Source of the DNA: an uncultured Bacteroidales bacterium
GTDB lineage: Bacteria > Bacteroidota > Bacteroidia > Bacteroidales > Muribaculaceae
Direction of reading: 5' to 3'
NCBI GenBank assembly: GCA_902779125.1
Contig: CACZAC010000015.1
Coordinates: 4,155-68,154 of the forward strand
DNA: 64,000 nt
Shown: piece by piece, positions 29,427 through 38,951 of the stretch
How positions within the stretch are numbered: the stretch's first letter is position 1
Layout of the letters: every line of letters begins with the position of its first letter
Translations under genes and position numbers: made by a program
Notes under the pieces: model-generated
Seen by the model: only the letters and a program-made list of their open reading frames with translations
Databases searched by the model: none
Told to the model about the DNA's origin: nothing

Positions 29427-29593
29427 AATGAACCTAATGATTATTGCTTTGCAAATATAGGAAAACTATTATATTCAAGTGTCATGATTATTGAAAATTG
29501 CTAAGATTTGGCATTTTTTATATGGATTCAAGTGCCAAATTTATCGAAAAATACATTGATTTGCCACTCAAATAATCTAAAGAAATTACACTT

Positions 29594-29726
29594 TTCCAAG
29601 ATTTGATTAAATATAGGCAGCTCATCCAAGTGGAACGACTTGCCCCATTGCAATAGCCTTAGAGTTAACCACAAAGTCCCCAAAACGACCCAAATATGTA
29701 CCATAAAGCCATTCACAATTACAAAG
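29594..29726 (-). repeat. Repeat copy 2: the same end sequence fused to a short comM DELP fragment (DELPIFNQILE)
   Basis: Junction gcaatggggcaagtcgttccact-tggatgagctgcc; matches 28498-28609. Confidence 0.8.
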
Positions 29727-29864
29727 TTATTTACAATTCTCAAAAATATCAAAAAAAATAACTAAATTTGCAATTAGGAAACACTACAGTTATTTCTAAC
29801 TGTATCTCATTATTAAATATTAAAATAATCTAAATTTGATAATAATAACGTAAGAAATACACAT

Positions 29865-31322
29865 ATGAATAGCCCCAAAGTATTTATATCTTATAGTTGG
29901 AGTAGTCCTGAGCATGAGCAACGGGTCCTTGATATCGCAACAGAGCTTGCTGAAAATGGCGTTGATGTAATTCTTGACAAATGGGACCTAAAAGAAGGTG
30001 ATGATGCTGACGCATTTATGGAACAGATGGTTGCAAATCCTGAGATACAAAAAGTCCTCATCATTTGTGACAAGAAGTATTCTGAAAAATCAGACAAAAG
30101 AACTGGGGGTGCTGGTACTGAAGCACAAATAATTTCGCGAAAAATATATGAACAGACAGATGAGGGAAAATTTGTAGTTGCTGCTTTCGAGATGAATGAA
30201 GAAACAGGTAAACCATACCTGCCGACTTACTATGGGTCTCGAAAATATATAGACTTTACAGATTCAAACAAATATGCGACAAAATTTGAGGAGCTGATCC
30301 GCTGGATTTTCAATAAGCCATTATACGTAAAACCTCAATTGGGCAGGGTACCAGATTACATATTATCTGAAGAAAAAAAGTCGTTAGGAACAACAGCTAC
30401 ATACAGACGTGCTAAATCGTTTATTTTAGAAGGTCGCTCTAACGCTTCTGGTGCAGTACGCGAATACTTATCCCGATTTTCTTCCAATTTATCTGCGTTT
30501 CAACTCCCATCCTATAAGAATGGTGAAAATTTCTATAATCAAGTAATTGATAATATCAATGAATTTGCACCTTATAGGGAGGAGTGGCTTGATATTTTAC
30601 ACTCAGTTTGTAACAATGGTTTATTAGTTGATGTAATGAATGACTATATTAGATTCTTTGAAGATATACACCAATATACTTTCCATCGAACTGCTATTAG
30701 TCATCCCTATCAACAAGAGGAAGATAATATGAAGTTCATCGAATATGAACTGATGCTATGCTTTGTTGCGCTTTTACTCAGGAAAGAGTGCTTCAAAGAA
30801 GTATCAATTATTCTAGAAGGGACATTTTATAACAAATATTCATCCTCGGAAAATGAGGCTACTTATAATTATTGTGTCTTTAATCACTACTTGTATTCAC
30901 TACACAATCAAAATAAAAGAAGATCTAATCCATATTATTCATTGCAAGCGAAAATTTTCTATGATCGAATGGCATCGTGCACATACTTAGATATTACTGA
31001 TATCTGCCAAGCGGACTTCGTTTGTTGGTTGTATTATCTAGGGCATCCTGAAAATAATATCTTATCTGTGCATAGATGGTATCCCCATAACTTGTTGTAT
31101 GCATGCAATATGAGACGACCATTTGAAATATTCGCAAGAGCCGAATCTTTACGTTATTTGGATTCAATGAAAGTCGTTTTTGACTACAACACTAAAGACG
31201 ATTTCATAAAATTGTACAATTCTATAATGGAAAACAGAGATTCTATTATTCCAAGATGGGAATTTGAAACTCCGAATATCAAATTACTTATGAATATAGA
31301 TAGATTGGGAACTAGAAAATAG
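29865..31322 (+). CDS. SEFIR/TIR-domain protein with a large helical C-terminus
   Basis: PKVFISYSW, LAENGVDVILDKWDLKEGDD..AFMEQMV, KVLIICD..Y, GGAGTEAQII, KYIDF; AT-rich. Confidence 0.88.
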   Translation: MNSPKVFISYSWSSPEHEQRVLDIATELAENGVDVILDKWDLKEGDDADAFMEQMVANPEIQKVLIICDKKYSEKSDKRTGGAGTEAQIISRKIYEQTDEGKFVVAAFEMNEETGKPYLPTYYGSRKYIDFTDSNKYATKFEELIRWIFNKPLYVKPQLGRVPDYILSEEKKSLGTTATYRRAKSFILEGRSNASGAVREYLSRFSSNLSAFQLPSYKNGENFYNQVIDNINEFAPYREEWLDILHSVCNNGLLVDVMNDYIRFFEDIHQYTFHRTAISHPYQQEEDNMKFIEYELMLCFVALLLRKECFKEVSIILEGTFYNKYSSSENEATYNYCVFNHYLYSLHNQNKRRSNPYYSLQAKIFYDRMASCTYLDITDICQADFVCWLYYLGHPENNILSVHRWYPHNLLYACNMRRPFEIFARAESLRYLDSMKVVFDYNTKDDFIKLYNSIMENRDSIIPRWEFETPNIKLLMNIDRLGTRK

Positions 31323-31466
31323 TGCAAAGACAATTTATAACATTAAAAATCTTCAGAAAGCTTACGACGTGAGGAATAAACAGAGTCGATACTCTTGTAA
31401 TCTTATTAATAATTACGATGCAGAAATTGGATAAACTTATTTAATTTTGCAAAAAATTATATCGCT

Positions 31467-32102
31467 ATGAAGAGATACTTATTGATTTCACTGATTGTGT
31501 TATTTTCTTTGGGTGATCAAGCTCAAGGATTTGATGGTATAGGGAAGTTACACCTTGATATGACCTTGAATGAAGTTCGTGGCCTATTTCCTCAAAAACT
31601 TGTTAAACAGTATGATGTTTCCACGTTTAAGAAAGTATATAAATTAAACTCATACACCCCTATCAAAGGGCATACTTTCAGAGATATTCATTTATATTTT
31701 TATAATGACACGTTGTACGCAATTTATGTGAATAATTCAAATTACCAAATAGAGCAATCTTTATTTACAAAATATGGGAAGCCTAAAGATAAGATTCATC
31801 GATTCAGATCATATATCGAAGAATTGATCTCTATATATGGATACGATTCAGCAGATTTTGTTGATGATTCAAAAGCTGGCAAATGGGATATAATTGATAC
31901 TTTTTATGAATGGAATCTAGATAATCCACTCCATAAATGCTTATTAGTTGATTGTTTATATTACGATAGACAAGGTAAATCACAATTGGATTATTTACTA
32001 ATTATAAAAAATACTGCATTTGCAGAGTGCGTGTCTTTAGAAGAAAAATTACTTGAAAGAGAGAAACAATCTGAGCCAGTAGAAGGTTTGGAGGGATTAT
32101 GA
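31467..32102 (+). CDS. Secreted hypothetical protein
   Basis: Signal peptide MKRYLLISLIVLFSLG; AT-rich; FDGIGKLHLDMT N-terminal motif. Confidence 0.7.
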   Translation: MKRYLLISLIVLFSLGDQAQGFDGIGKLHLDMTLNEVRGLFPQKLVKQYDVSTFKKVYKLNSYTPIKGHTFRDIHLYFYNDTLYAIYVNNSNYQIEQSLFTKYGKPKDKIHRFRSYIEELISIYGYDSADFVDDSKAGKWDIIDTFYEWNLDNPLHKCLLVDCLYYDRQGKSQLDYLLIIKNTAFAECVSLEEKLLEREKQSEPVEGLEGL

Positions 32103-32248
32103 TGTTTTATTAATATCGGAAATATAATTATTAAAGAAACATGTATAGGTTCTTTTGATGTTTAATTCCAATCACGATCTTCATCTTTAAGAGTACATCC
32201 AAAACACATGTAGCAGCGATTTAAATGCATTTTTTGCATTCTTAATTT

Positions 32249-32359
32249 TAGCGTACTGCCCATATAGCTTGGGCGGTCGATGTTGAGGTAGGCGATGGCC
32301 TCCATGATGTGGTGGTCGAGGACGTCGGCGGTGCCTTCGAAGTCGGAGATGATGCGGGC
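32249..32359 (-). pseudogene. comM 3' tail copy (relic B)
   Basis: In-frame [36 protein letters not shown] versus [36 protein letters not shown]; GC-rich island in AT-rich DNA. Confidence 0.9.
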
Positions 32360-32408
32360 ATAATCGTTCTAATCCCCAAATTTATCAAAATTCAGGGAAT
32401 ATAGAGGT

Positions 32409-32589
32409 CTATAAACTACTGCCGAGGTAGGTGGGGCGGTCGAGGTTGCGGTAGGCGATAGCTTCCATGATGTGGTGGTCGAGGACGTCGGCGCAGGCCT
32501 CGAGGTCGGCGATGGTGCGGGCGACTTTGAGGATGCGGTCGTAGGCGCGGGCGGACATGTTCATGCGTTCCATGGCGTCTTTCAGTTTC
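32409..32589 (-). pseudogene. comM 3' tail copy with its own stop codon (relic A)
   Basis: In-frame [59 protein letters not shown], a near-identical allele of the last ~60 codons of comM. Confidence 0.95.
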
Positions 32590-32667
32590 CTAACCTGGAT
32601 TAGACTGATGGGAGTATACTAAAAGTTGTTATTACTTGAGGTTCCTCTTTCTGTAACGGATGATTTA

Positions 32668-33480
32668 TTAATGTTCATGATTATTAAGAGTTTGATTATC
32701 TAAGTCCATTGATATAAGTGTTTCCACTATAGTTTTGGCTTTTTCCTTGGGAGAGACTATATTACACACATTTAGAATATTCTTATTGTGTATACTGATA
32801 GGGATTCTTTCATCAGCTATTTTATCTATTATGACTGGTAATACACGAGAAGAATCAATTTCCCAAGCAAACTCTAGCTCTTTAACCGTATATGTGAGTA
32901 ATTTGCTACTTAAAAGGCATATAAAATACCCGTTACTCAGCGTTGACTCTATTGACATCCTCGCAAGAAAACTCCAATTAACATTTGCTGAAACATCTAA
33001 ATAATAGTCCATGTCCCATGCATGAAATCCATACTTTAAACATTCTGATTCAAGTTCTTTGGCTAAAGAACGGTCCATATTGTTATAGCTAATAAACACA
33101 CTTGTTCTACGTCTGAAAGGTTTTATAAGGTTCAGCACATCCTTATCTATTTCAGGGCTATTGATTTCAATTTGAGAAATATCCACAATCTCGTACATGC
33201 GTTTTTTGGATTGAATGTAGTTGACTTCGGACTGTACATACTTTGACGCTTGTGCATTAGGGCTATCGCATAGAATAAAGCGACTACGGGCATCAATTTC
33301 CTTTTTTATAAGCTCATTGATTTCTTCTTCGTCTTCCATGCATTTCAAATAAAAAAGTATTGGACGGAAACCATTATTTTCAAGAGCGTTTCTTACTAGC
33401 CGTACCCGATCAAAGTCCTTTGTTGAGTGTGAAATAAATACCCAAAATCCTTCTTCAAAAATATTTTCTTCTTTTTGCAT
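32668..33480 (-). CDS. Tandem TIR-TIR domain protein
   Basis: TIR1 WVFISHSTKD...FILCDSPNAQASKYVQSEV; TIR2 SVFISYNNMD...FICLLS...VKELEFA; both keep a Glu at the catalytic position. Confidence 0.85.
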   Translation of the reverse strand: MQKEENIFEEGFWVFISHSTKDFDRVRLVRNALENNGFRPILFYLKCMEDEEEINELIKKEIDARSRFILCDSPNAQASKYVQSEVNYIQSKKRMYEIVDISQIEINSPEIDKDVLNLIKPFRRRTSVFISYNNMDRSLAKELESECLKYGFHAWDMDYYLDVSANVNWSFLARMSIESTLSNGYFICLLSSKLLTYTVKELEFAWEIDSSRVLPVIIDKIADERIPISIHNKNILNVCNIVSPKEKAKTIVETLISMDLDNQTLNNHEH

Positions 33481-33603
33481 ATATCGAAACTCTTAATCTA
33501 AAAAACACCATTTTCTAATTACAATGATAAATGGAAATTCTAACGAGAATAGGGATGGTTCTGACGATGATATTATGATATAAGTGAATGTTTTGGAATT
33601 ATC

Positions 33604-35151
33604 TCATATAGAGTTGCCGAGGTAGGTGGGGCGGTCGAGGTTGCGGTAGGCGATGGCTTCCATGATGTGGTGGTCGAAGACGTCGGTGGTGCCTTCGAGG
33701 TCGGCGATTGTGCGGGCGACTTTCAGGATGCGGTCGTAGGCGCGGGCGCTCATGTTCATGCGCTCCATGGCGTCGCGAAGTTTCTCCAGGCCGGCGGCGT
33801 TGGGCTCGGCGTATTTGTGCAGGAGGGATGGGGTCATCTGGGCGTTGCAGTGGATGCCGGGTTCGTCCTTGAAGCGGCGCTCTTGGAGCATCCTTGCGGC
33901 GATGACGCGCTGACGGATGGCGGCGCTGGGTTCGCCTGGGGCCTTGCTGGACATCTGGTCGAAATCGACGGGCTGGACTTCGATCTGCAGGTCAATGCGG
34001 TCCAGCAACGGGCCCGAAATCTTGCTCATGTAGTGGGTGCGCTGGTACTCGTTGCAGACGCATTTCTTCTTGGGGTGCCCATAGTACCCGCACGGGCAAG
34101 GATTCATGCTCGCCACAAGCATGAATGAGGCTGGGTATTCGGTTGAGTATTTCGCCCTCGAAATCGAAATTATCCTGTCCTCCAACGGCTGGCGCATCAC
34201 TTCCAAAACGGAGCGATTGAATTCTGGCAGTTCATCAAGAAAGAGGACGCCGTTGTGCGCCAGGCTGATTTCCCCGGGCATGGGGAAACTGCCACCACCG
34301 ACGAGGGCGACGGGCGAGATGGTGTGGTGCGGGCTGCGGAAAGGACGCACGGTCATCAACGTGGTGCCTTGGGGCAGTTTGCCCGCTACGCTGTGGATTT
34401 TGGTGGTTTCGAGCGCCTCGCTCAGCGTGAGCGGCGGCATGATGGACGGCAGTCGCTTCGCCATCATCGACTTACCAGAGCCCGGGCTGCCCACCAGCAG
34501 GATGTTATGCCCTCCGGCACAGGCGACCTCGAACGCGCGTTTCACGTTCTCCTGTCCCTTGACATCGGCGAAATCGTAGGGGAAAACGCCCTGTGCTTTG
34601 GCAAATTCGGCACGGGTATCCACGACAGTGGGCGTGAGTGAGATGTCGCCGTTGAGGAACTGCACCACCTCGACGAGGTTATCCACGCCATAGATGTTGA
34701 GGTTGTTGACTACAGCGGCCTCCATAGCGTTGGCACGCGGAACGATAAAGCCGTCAAGATGCAGTTCACGCGCCAGGATTGCCATGGGCAGAGCGCCCTT
34801 GATGGGCCGCAGACTGCCGTCGAGCGAGAGTTCGCCCATGAGCATATAACGGTCCAACTTGTCAGTGCTGATTTTCTCGTCACCCGCCAGGATGCCCACC
34901 GCCAGCGGCAGGTCATAGGCCGAGCCTTCCTTCTTGATGTCGGCAGGCGACATATTGATCATCACCTTCTTGCCCGGGAAATTGAAGCCCGTCTGCTGCA
35001 TGGCGCAACGCACGCGCTCGGCGCTCTCCTTGACTGCCGTGTCGGGCAGTCCGATAACCATAAACCCTGAGCCCCAGTCCACTGTCACCTCAATCTCGAC
35101 GCGGATGGCGTCGATGCCTTGCACGGCTGCTGCTATCGTTCTCGCTAACAT
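33604..35151 (-). CDS. comM: ComM/YifB Mg-chelatase-like AAA+ ATPase (competence helicase family)
   Basis: [93 protein letters not shown]. Confidence 0.97.
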   Translation of the reverse strand: MLARTIAAAVQGIDAIRVEIEVTVDWGSGFMVIGLPDTAVKESAERVRCAMQQTGFNFPGKKVMINMSPADIKKEGSAYDLPLAVGILAGDEKISTDKLDRYMLMGELSLDGSLRPIKGALPMAILARELHLDGFIVPRANAMEAAVVNNLNIYGVDNLVEVVQFLNGDISLTPTVVDTRAEFAKAQGVFPYDFADVKGQENVKRAFEVACAGGHNILLVGSPGSGKSMMAKRLPSIMPPLTLSEALETTKIHSVAGKLPQGTTLMTVRPFRSPHHTISPVALVGGGSFPMPGEISLAHNGVLFLDELPEFNRSVLEVMRQPLEDRIISISRAKYSTEYPASFMLVASMNPCPCGYYGHPKKKCVCNEYQRTHYMSKISGPLLDRIDLQIEVQPVDFDQMSSKAPGEPSAAIRQRVIAARMLQERRFKDEPGIHCNAQMTPSLLHKYAEPNAAGLEKLRDAMERMNMSARAYDRILKVARTIADLEGTTDVFDHHIMEAIAYRNLDRPTYLGNSI

Positions 35152-35182
35152 AACTATTATGTTTTTAGACCTTAGACTTTAG

Positions 35183-35977
35183 TTATTCATACAGAAATGA
35201 CATGTACCAGTCTTCCATATCGTCGGTCAAGCCTACTAGCCAGGCTGTCAACTTGTCAATCTTCTGGGTACTGATGTCGTACGAGACCCTGAGCATGATA
35301 TCGTCGGGGAACAGTTCCCGGGCGCGCGCCTCGTTCTCGGCGGTCTGTATGAACGTGGCATACAAGTCCTCGGCTCCAAACAGGTGGCACAACTCATGGG
35401 CGATGCCTGCTGCACAGCCTGGCACCCCTTCCTCGTAGGAAGTATAAAGTATCGTACCCTCCAGGAAGTACTTCTTCCTGTCATACTCATCTTTATAAGC
35501 CATCGAGTAGCCCCTGCCGGGCTTATTGGCGGCAATCAACACCAGGCAACCGGTGCAGTCGGTATTCTTGTGAACCCAATCAACGAACTCCAGCCCATTC
35601 TTATAGCCAATTTTGGGCATCAGTTTAGATACCAAATCCACGGGTTCATCCCCCACCCCATTGCCGCTCACGATGTTGTCATACAGCAGCGGCGTTTCAA
35701 TGCCGTACACACCATTCTGGAACGACACTTCCTTGCCGTAGGTGGCAGCTTGTGCCACGAGCCAAACCTCAGCCTCCTGAATCATGGCGCTGTACTGCTC
35801 ATACTCAGTGTCGGTCCATCCCGTCTCGGATATGTAGCAGGTCAACACATATATGTTCCCGTCAAGCGCGGGAGCGCTGCCTTGATGGCGGTTTCCAATC
35901 TGCCGCGCAGCCATTGTGGCCACGCCAAACATCAGAAAAAGCAACAGTACGGACAGTCTCCAAGAATCTGATTTCAT
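35183..35977 (-). CDS. Secreted putative zinc metallopeptidase
   Basis: Signal peptide; HELCHLFGAED = HExxHxxGxxD metzincin-type motif; downstream Met (DIML). Confidence 0.7.
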   Translation of the reverse strand: MKSDSWRLSVLLLFLMFGVATMAARQIGNRHQGSAPALDGNIYVLTCYISETGWTDTEYEQYSAMIQEAEVWLVAQAATYGKEVSFQNGVYGIETPLLYDNIVSGNGVGDEPVDLVSKLMPKIGYKNGLEFVDWVHKNTDCTGCLVLIAANKPGRGYSMAYKDEYDRKKYFLEGTILYTSYEEGVPGCAAGIAHELCHLFGAEDLYATFIQTAENEARARELFPDDIMLRVSYDISTQKIDKLTAWLVGLTDDMEDWYMSFLYE

Positions 35978-35998
35978 ATACCTTTCCCTTTCTTGATT

Positions 35999-37006
35999 TT
36001 ATTGTTCAGACTTGACTGTTACTTTCCCTAGGGCGGCATCCAGGTTAGGCCCCGAATAAGTGACATGGCCCGTGCTGTCGGTTACAGCATACCACGGCAA
36101 TGTTTTGATACCCAGCAACAGGACGCCCTGCTCCAGGGGACCGCCAGGAGCCCAATAGTGTTTCCATTCCTTGGGGTCAGCGGCAATAGTCTGATGCCAA
36201 CGCAGGGTGTCGCTCTCGGTGAGGACATCAATGACACGGATATCCTCTCCCGCACCACTCAGTTTGTTAATCAATGCCGAACGGTTGTCCTGCGGATTAG
36301 CCCAAAAACTGATGAGCGTCATGTGGTCAACCAAGCTGATTTCCTCAAAATCACCGCCATGCTTGAGCAATGTAAGGGTTACTATGTGCGGCAGACCCTT
36401 GCCACGGGCACGCACCGAGTTTCCGTCAAACGACTGAACCAACGACCCAGGCCGAACCTTGACATCTATCCCCTTGAGCATTGCATTGACCTTTTCACCG
36501 TCACCGTAGTCTCTGTAATCCGCCATGAGCAGTACCGTGGAGAGCATATCGGCAGGATGCTCACGCACATATTTCTCGATAGCGGCATTCAGGCGGCTAG
36601 GATTGGGATTGGAGTAAAAAGTGGCATGCTCGTCACGGAAGAGTTGCCAATCCTCGTTCACCTTGCTACCCTTGATTTTTATCGTTTTAAGCTGGGCGGC
36701 ATCTCCCTTGACCTTGATGTGGTCACCACTAGTCGCCACGAGCATCACCAGCAAGTGACTGCGACTATCCAGGAGACTGACGATGACGGGGTCGGCCACC
36801 GCTCCCTGATAGGAGAATTTGCCTTTATTGTCCACATTGACCCACTCATCGACCATACCCGAGTCGGTGGGGAAAATCACCCTCACCATACCACTGTCGA
36901 AATTAGCGAGTTTGCCATCAATCTTGAAACTGTCACCACTGCACGAAGCCATCGCCATGGTGAGCGACAACAAGAGTGCAAGATATTGTAAAGTCTTCAT
37001 TGTCAT
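35999..37006 (-). CDS. DUF4369 plus thioredoxin-like (AhpC/TSA-type) lipoprotein lacking CxxC
   Basis: MAMASC lipobox; FKIDGKL, GKFSY; LISFWA, LPWYAVTD..G; start moved to 37006. Confidence 0.75.
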   Translation of the reverse strand: MTMKTLQYLALLLSLTMAMASCSGDSFKIDGKLANFDSGMVRVIFPTDSGMVDEWVNVDNKGKFSYQGAVADPVIVSLLDSRSHLLVMLVATSGDHIKVKGDAAQLKTIKIKGSKVNEDWQLFRDEHATFYSNPNPSRLNAAIEKYVREHPADMLSTVLLMADYRDYGDGEKVNAMLKGIDVKVRPGSLVQSFDGNSVRARGKGLPHIVTLTLLKHGGDFEEISLVDHMTLISFWANPQDNRSALINKLSGAGEDIRVIDVLTESDTLRWHQTIAADPKEWKHYWAPGGPLEQGVLLLGIKTLPWYAVTDSTGHVTYSGPNLDAALGKVTVKSEQ

Positions 37007-37040
37007 GCTTTTGTTATCAGGATAATGGCGCTGTTCCACG

Positions 37041-38867
37041 CTAGGGCTCACGCCAGTCGTTGTTCTGTTTAATCAGTTCGACAAGGCGGTCGATGGCATC
37101 CTCTTCAGGAATGTTCATCTCGACGCACTCCTTGCCCTTGTACAGGCTGATATGGCCCGCAGCAGCACCCACATAACCATAATCGGCATCCGCCATCTCG
37201 CCGGGTCCGTTAACGATACAGCCCATCACGCCGATTTTGAGATGCGTGAGGTGGGCGGTCGCCTGCTGCACGCGTTGCACGGTCGATTGCAAGTCAAACA
37301 TCGTTCTGCCGCAGCCCGGGCAGGAGATAAACTCCGTCTTGCTGATGCGCTGACGCGCTGCCTGCAGGATAGCAAAGGCATAGCGCACCACCTCGCCGCC
37401 GCTGTGGCAGTTGGGGGCTTCAAGCCAGATGCCGTCGGCGCGACGGTTGAGCAGCACAGCGCCCAAGTCGGCACCCGCCTTGACCTGCAGCCACTCGTTG
37501 GAACTGTCGGTATAGGTGTTGCGCAAAATGACGGGGCAGTTGATACCTGCCTTGTCAAGCGCATGGGTCAACGCCTGCTGTTCACCGGGGATATTGATAC
37601 CCACGGGAGTGATGACCAGAACCGTGTCGCTGCGGCCGCGCAGGAATTCCAGCTTACTGGCGGGCGTGGTGGCGGGCAGCTGCAGGAAACGCAATGGTGT
37701 TGACGGGCAACGGTCCCACTCGCCCAGTGTGAGCAAGGGATAGACGTTGCGCTCTCCCTTCCAACTGTTAAAAGGTACTAAAAACTGATGCATGCCGTCA
37801 ATCAGTCCATCGGCGCTATAGTAAAAATCGGGCTGCAAAGCAGCATCGTCGAGCTGGTCGGGCCGATAACCCGCAATGACCACAGGCTGGCAGGTGCCGC
37901 CGATGCGATTGTTCACCTCGACAGTCAATCGCCGCTCGGGACACAGATAGTCATAGCCCTCACTGTAATCGCCTTCGATAGGCTCATGTCCCTGGCGCTG
38001 AGCCATGTAGTCCACCAGTTTGCGAGCTACAGGCACTTCCTCCTCGGGCTCCTCACTGAGCGAGACACGGATGGTGTCGCCCAAGCCCTCGGCCATGAGG
38101 GCGCCAATGCCCACGGCGCTCTTGACACGGCCATCCTCGCCAAATCCGGCCTCGGTCACGCCCAGATGCAGCGGGAAGTGCATGTCCTCCTTGTCCATGG
38201 CGTCAACCAGACGCCTCACAGCCTCGACCATGACCACGACATTGGAAGCCTTCATCGAGATGACGACATCCATGAACTGCTCCTGAACAAAAACCCGCAG
38301 GAACTCCATCACGCTCTCGACCATACCCGCAGCCGTGTTGCCGTAGCGACTCATGATGCGGTCGCTGAGTGAGCCGTGATTCACACCCAGACGCACAGCG
38401 GTGCCATGTTCACGGCACACGGCGATAAAGGGCAACAATTCGTCATGAATGCGGTCCAGTTCGGCTTGGTATTCCTCGTCGGTATAATCCAGCTGCTTGA
38501 ACGTGCGGGCTGGATCGACAAAGTTGCCGGGATTGATGCGGACGCCTTCACACACGCTGGCTGCCGCCAACGCTGCCTTGGGGTTGAAATGGATGTCGGC
38601 AATGAGGGGAATGTTGCAGTCATGTGAGCGCAACAGGCGCGAAATCAATCCGATGCTCTCGGCCTGTTTTACGCCCTGAGCGGTGAGACGGACATATTCA
38701 GCGCCACTGTAGGCGACACGCTGGCACTGAGCCGCACTCGCCTCAATATCGTCGGTCGGTGTGTTAGTCATCGTCTGTACCCTGACCGGGTAGTCGCTTC
38801 CCATCGCGATACCACCCACGGGGACGCTCACGGTCTTACGCCTGGTATAATTGAATGTTTTGTTCAT
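37041..38867 (-). CDS. ispG: 4-hydroxy-3-methylbut-2-en-1-yl diphosphate synthase
   Basis: VQTMTNT, PLIADIHF, RINPGN, GVNHGSLSDR, LHLGVTEAG, GDTIRVSL, ISCPGCGRT, VMGCIVNGPGE. Confidence 0.97.
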   Translation of the reverse strand: MNKTFNYTRRKTVSVPVGGIAMGSDYPVRVQTMTNTPTDDIEASAAQCQRVAYSGAEYVRLTAQGVKQAESIGLISRLLRSHDCNIPLIADIHFNPKAALAAASVCEGVRINPGNFVDPARTFKQLDYTDEEYQAELDRIHDELLPFIAVCREHGTAVRLGVNHGSLSDRIMSRYGNTAAGMVESVMEFLRVFVQEQFMDVVISMKASNVVVMVEAVRRLVDAMDKEDMHFPLHLGVTEAGFGEDGRVKSAVGIGALMAEGLGDTIRVSLSEEPEEEVPVARKLVDYMAQRQGHEPIEGDYSEGYDYLCPERRLTVEVNNRIGGTCQPVVIAGYRPDQLDDAALQPDFYYSADGLIDGMHQFLVPFNSWKGERNVYPLLTLGEWDRCPSTPLRFLQLPATTPASKLEFLRGRSDTVLVITPVGINIPGEQQALTHALDKAGINCPVILRNTYTDSSNEWLQVKAGADLGAVLLNRRADGIWLEAPNCHSGGEVVRYAFAILQAARQRISKTEFISCPGCGRTMFDLQSTVQRVQQATAHLTHLKIGVMGCIVNGPGEMADADYGYVGAAAGHISLYKGKECVEMNIPEEDAIDRLVELIKQNNDWREP

Positions 38868-38951
38868 AATCGGTCGTTAACTTTTAGTCTGCCGTTAGCA
38901 GGTTTAGCGGCCCCTCTTCAGAGCCGAGAACCAACGGCTGTTTATATTATT

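Noticed and set aside
29865-33480. Complete Thoeris or CBASS system
   Set aside because: No ThsA-like (SIR2/Macro/SLOG), cyclase or other partner next to the TIR genes. The LOG-like gene at 10 kb is distant and looks like backbone.
35999-37006. Thioredoxin-like lipoprotein without CxxC as a novelty
   Set aside because: Cys-less DUF4369/TlpA-like paralogs are common in Bacteroidales; ordinary context.
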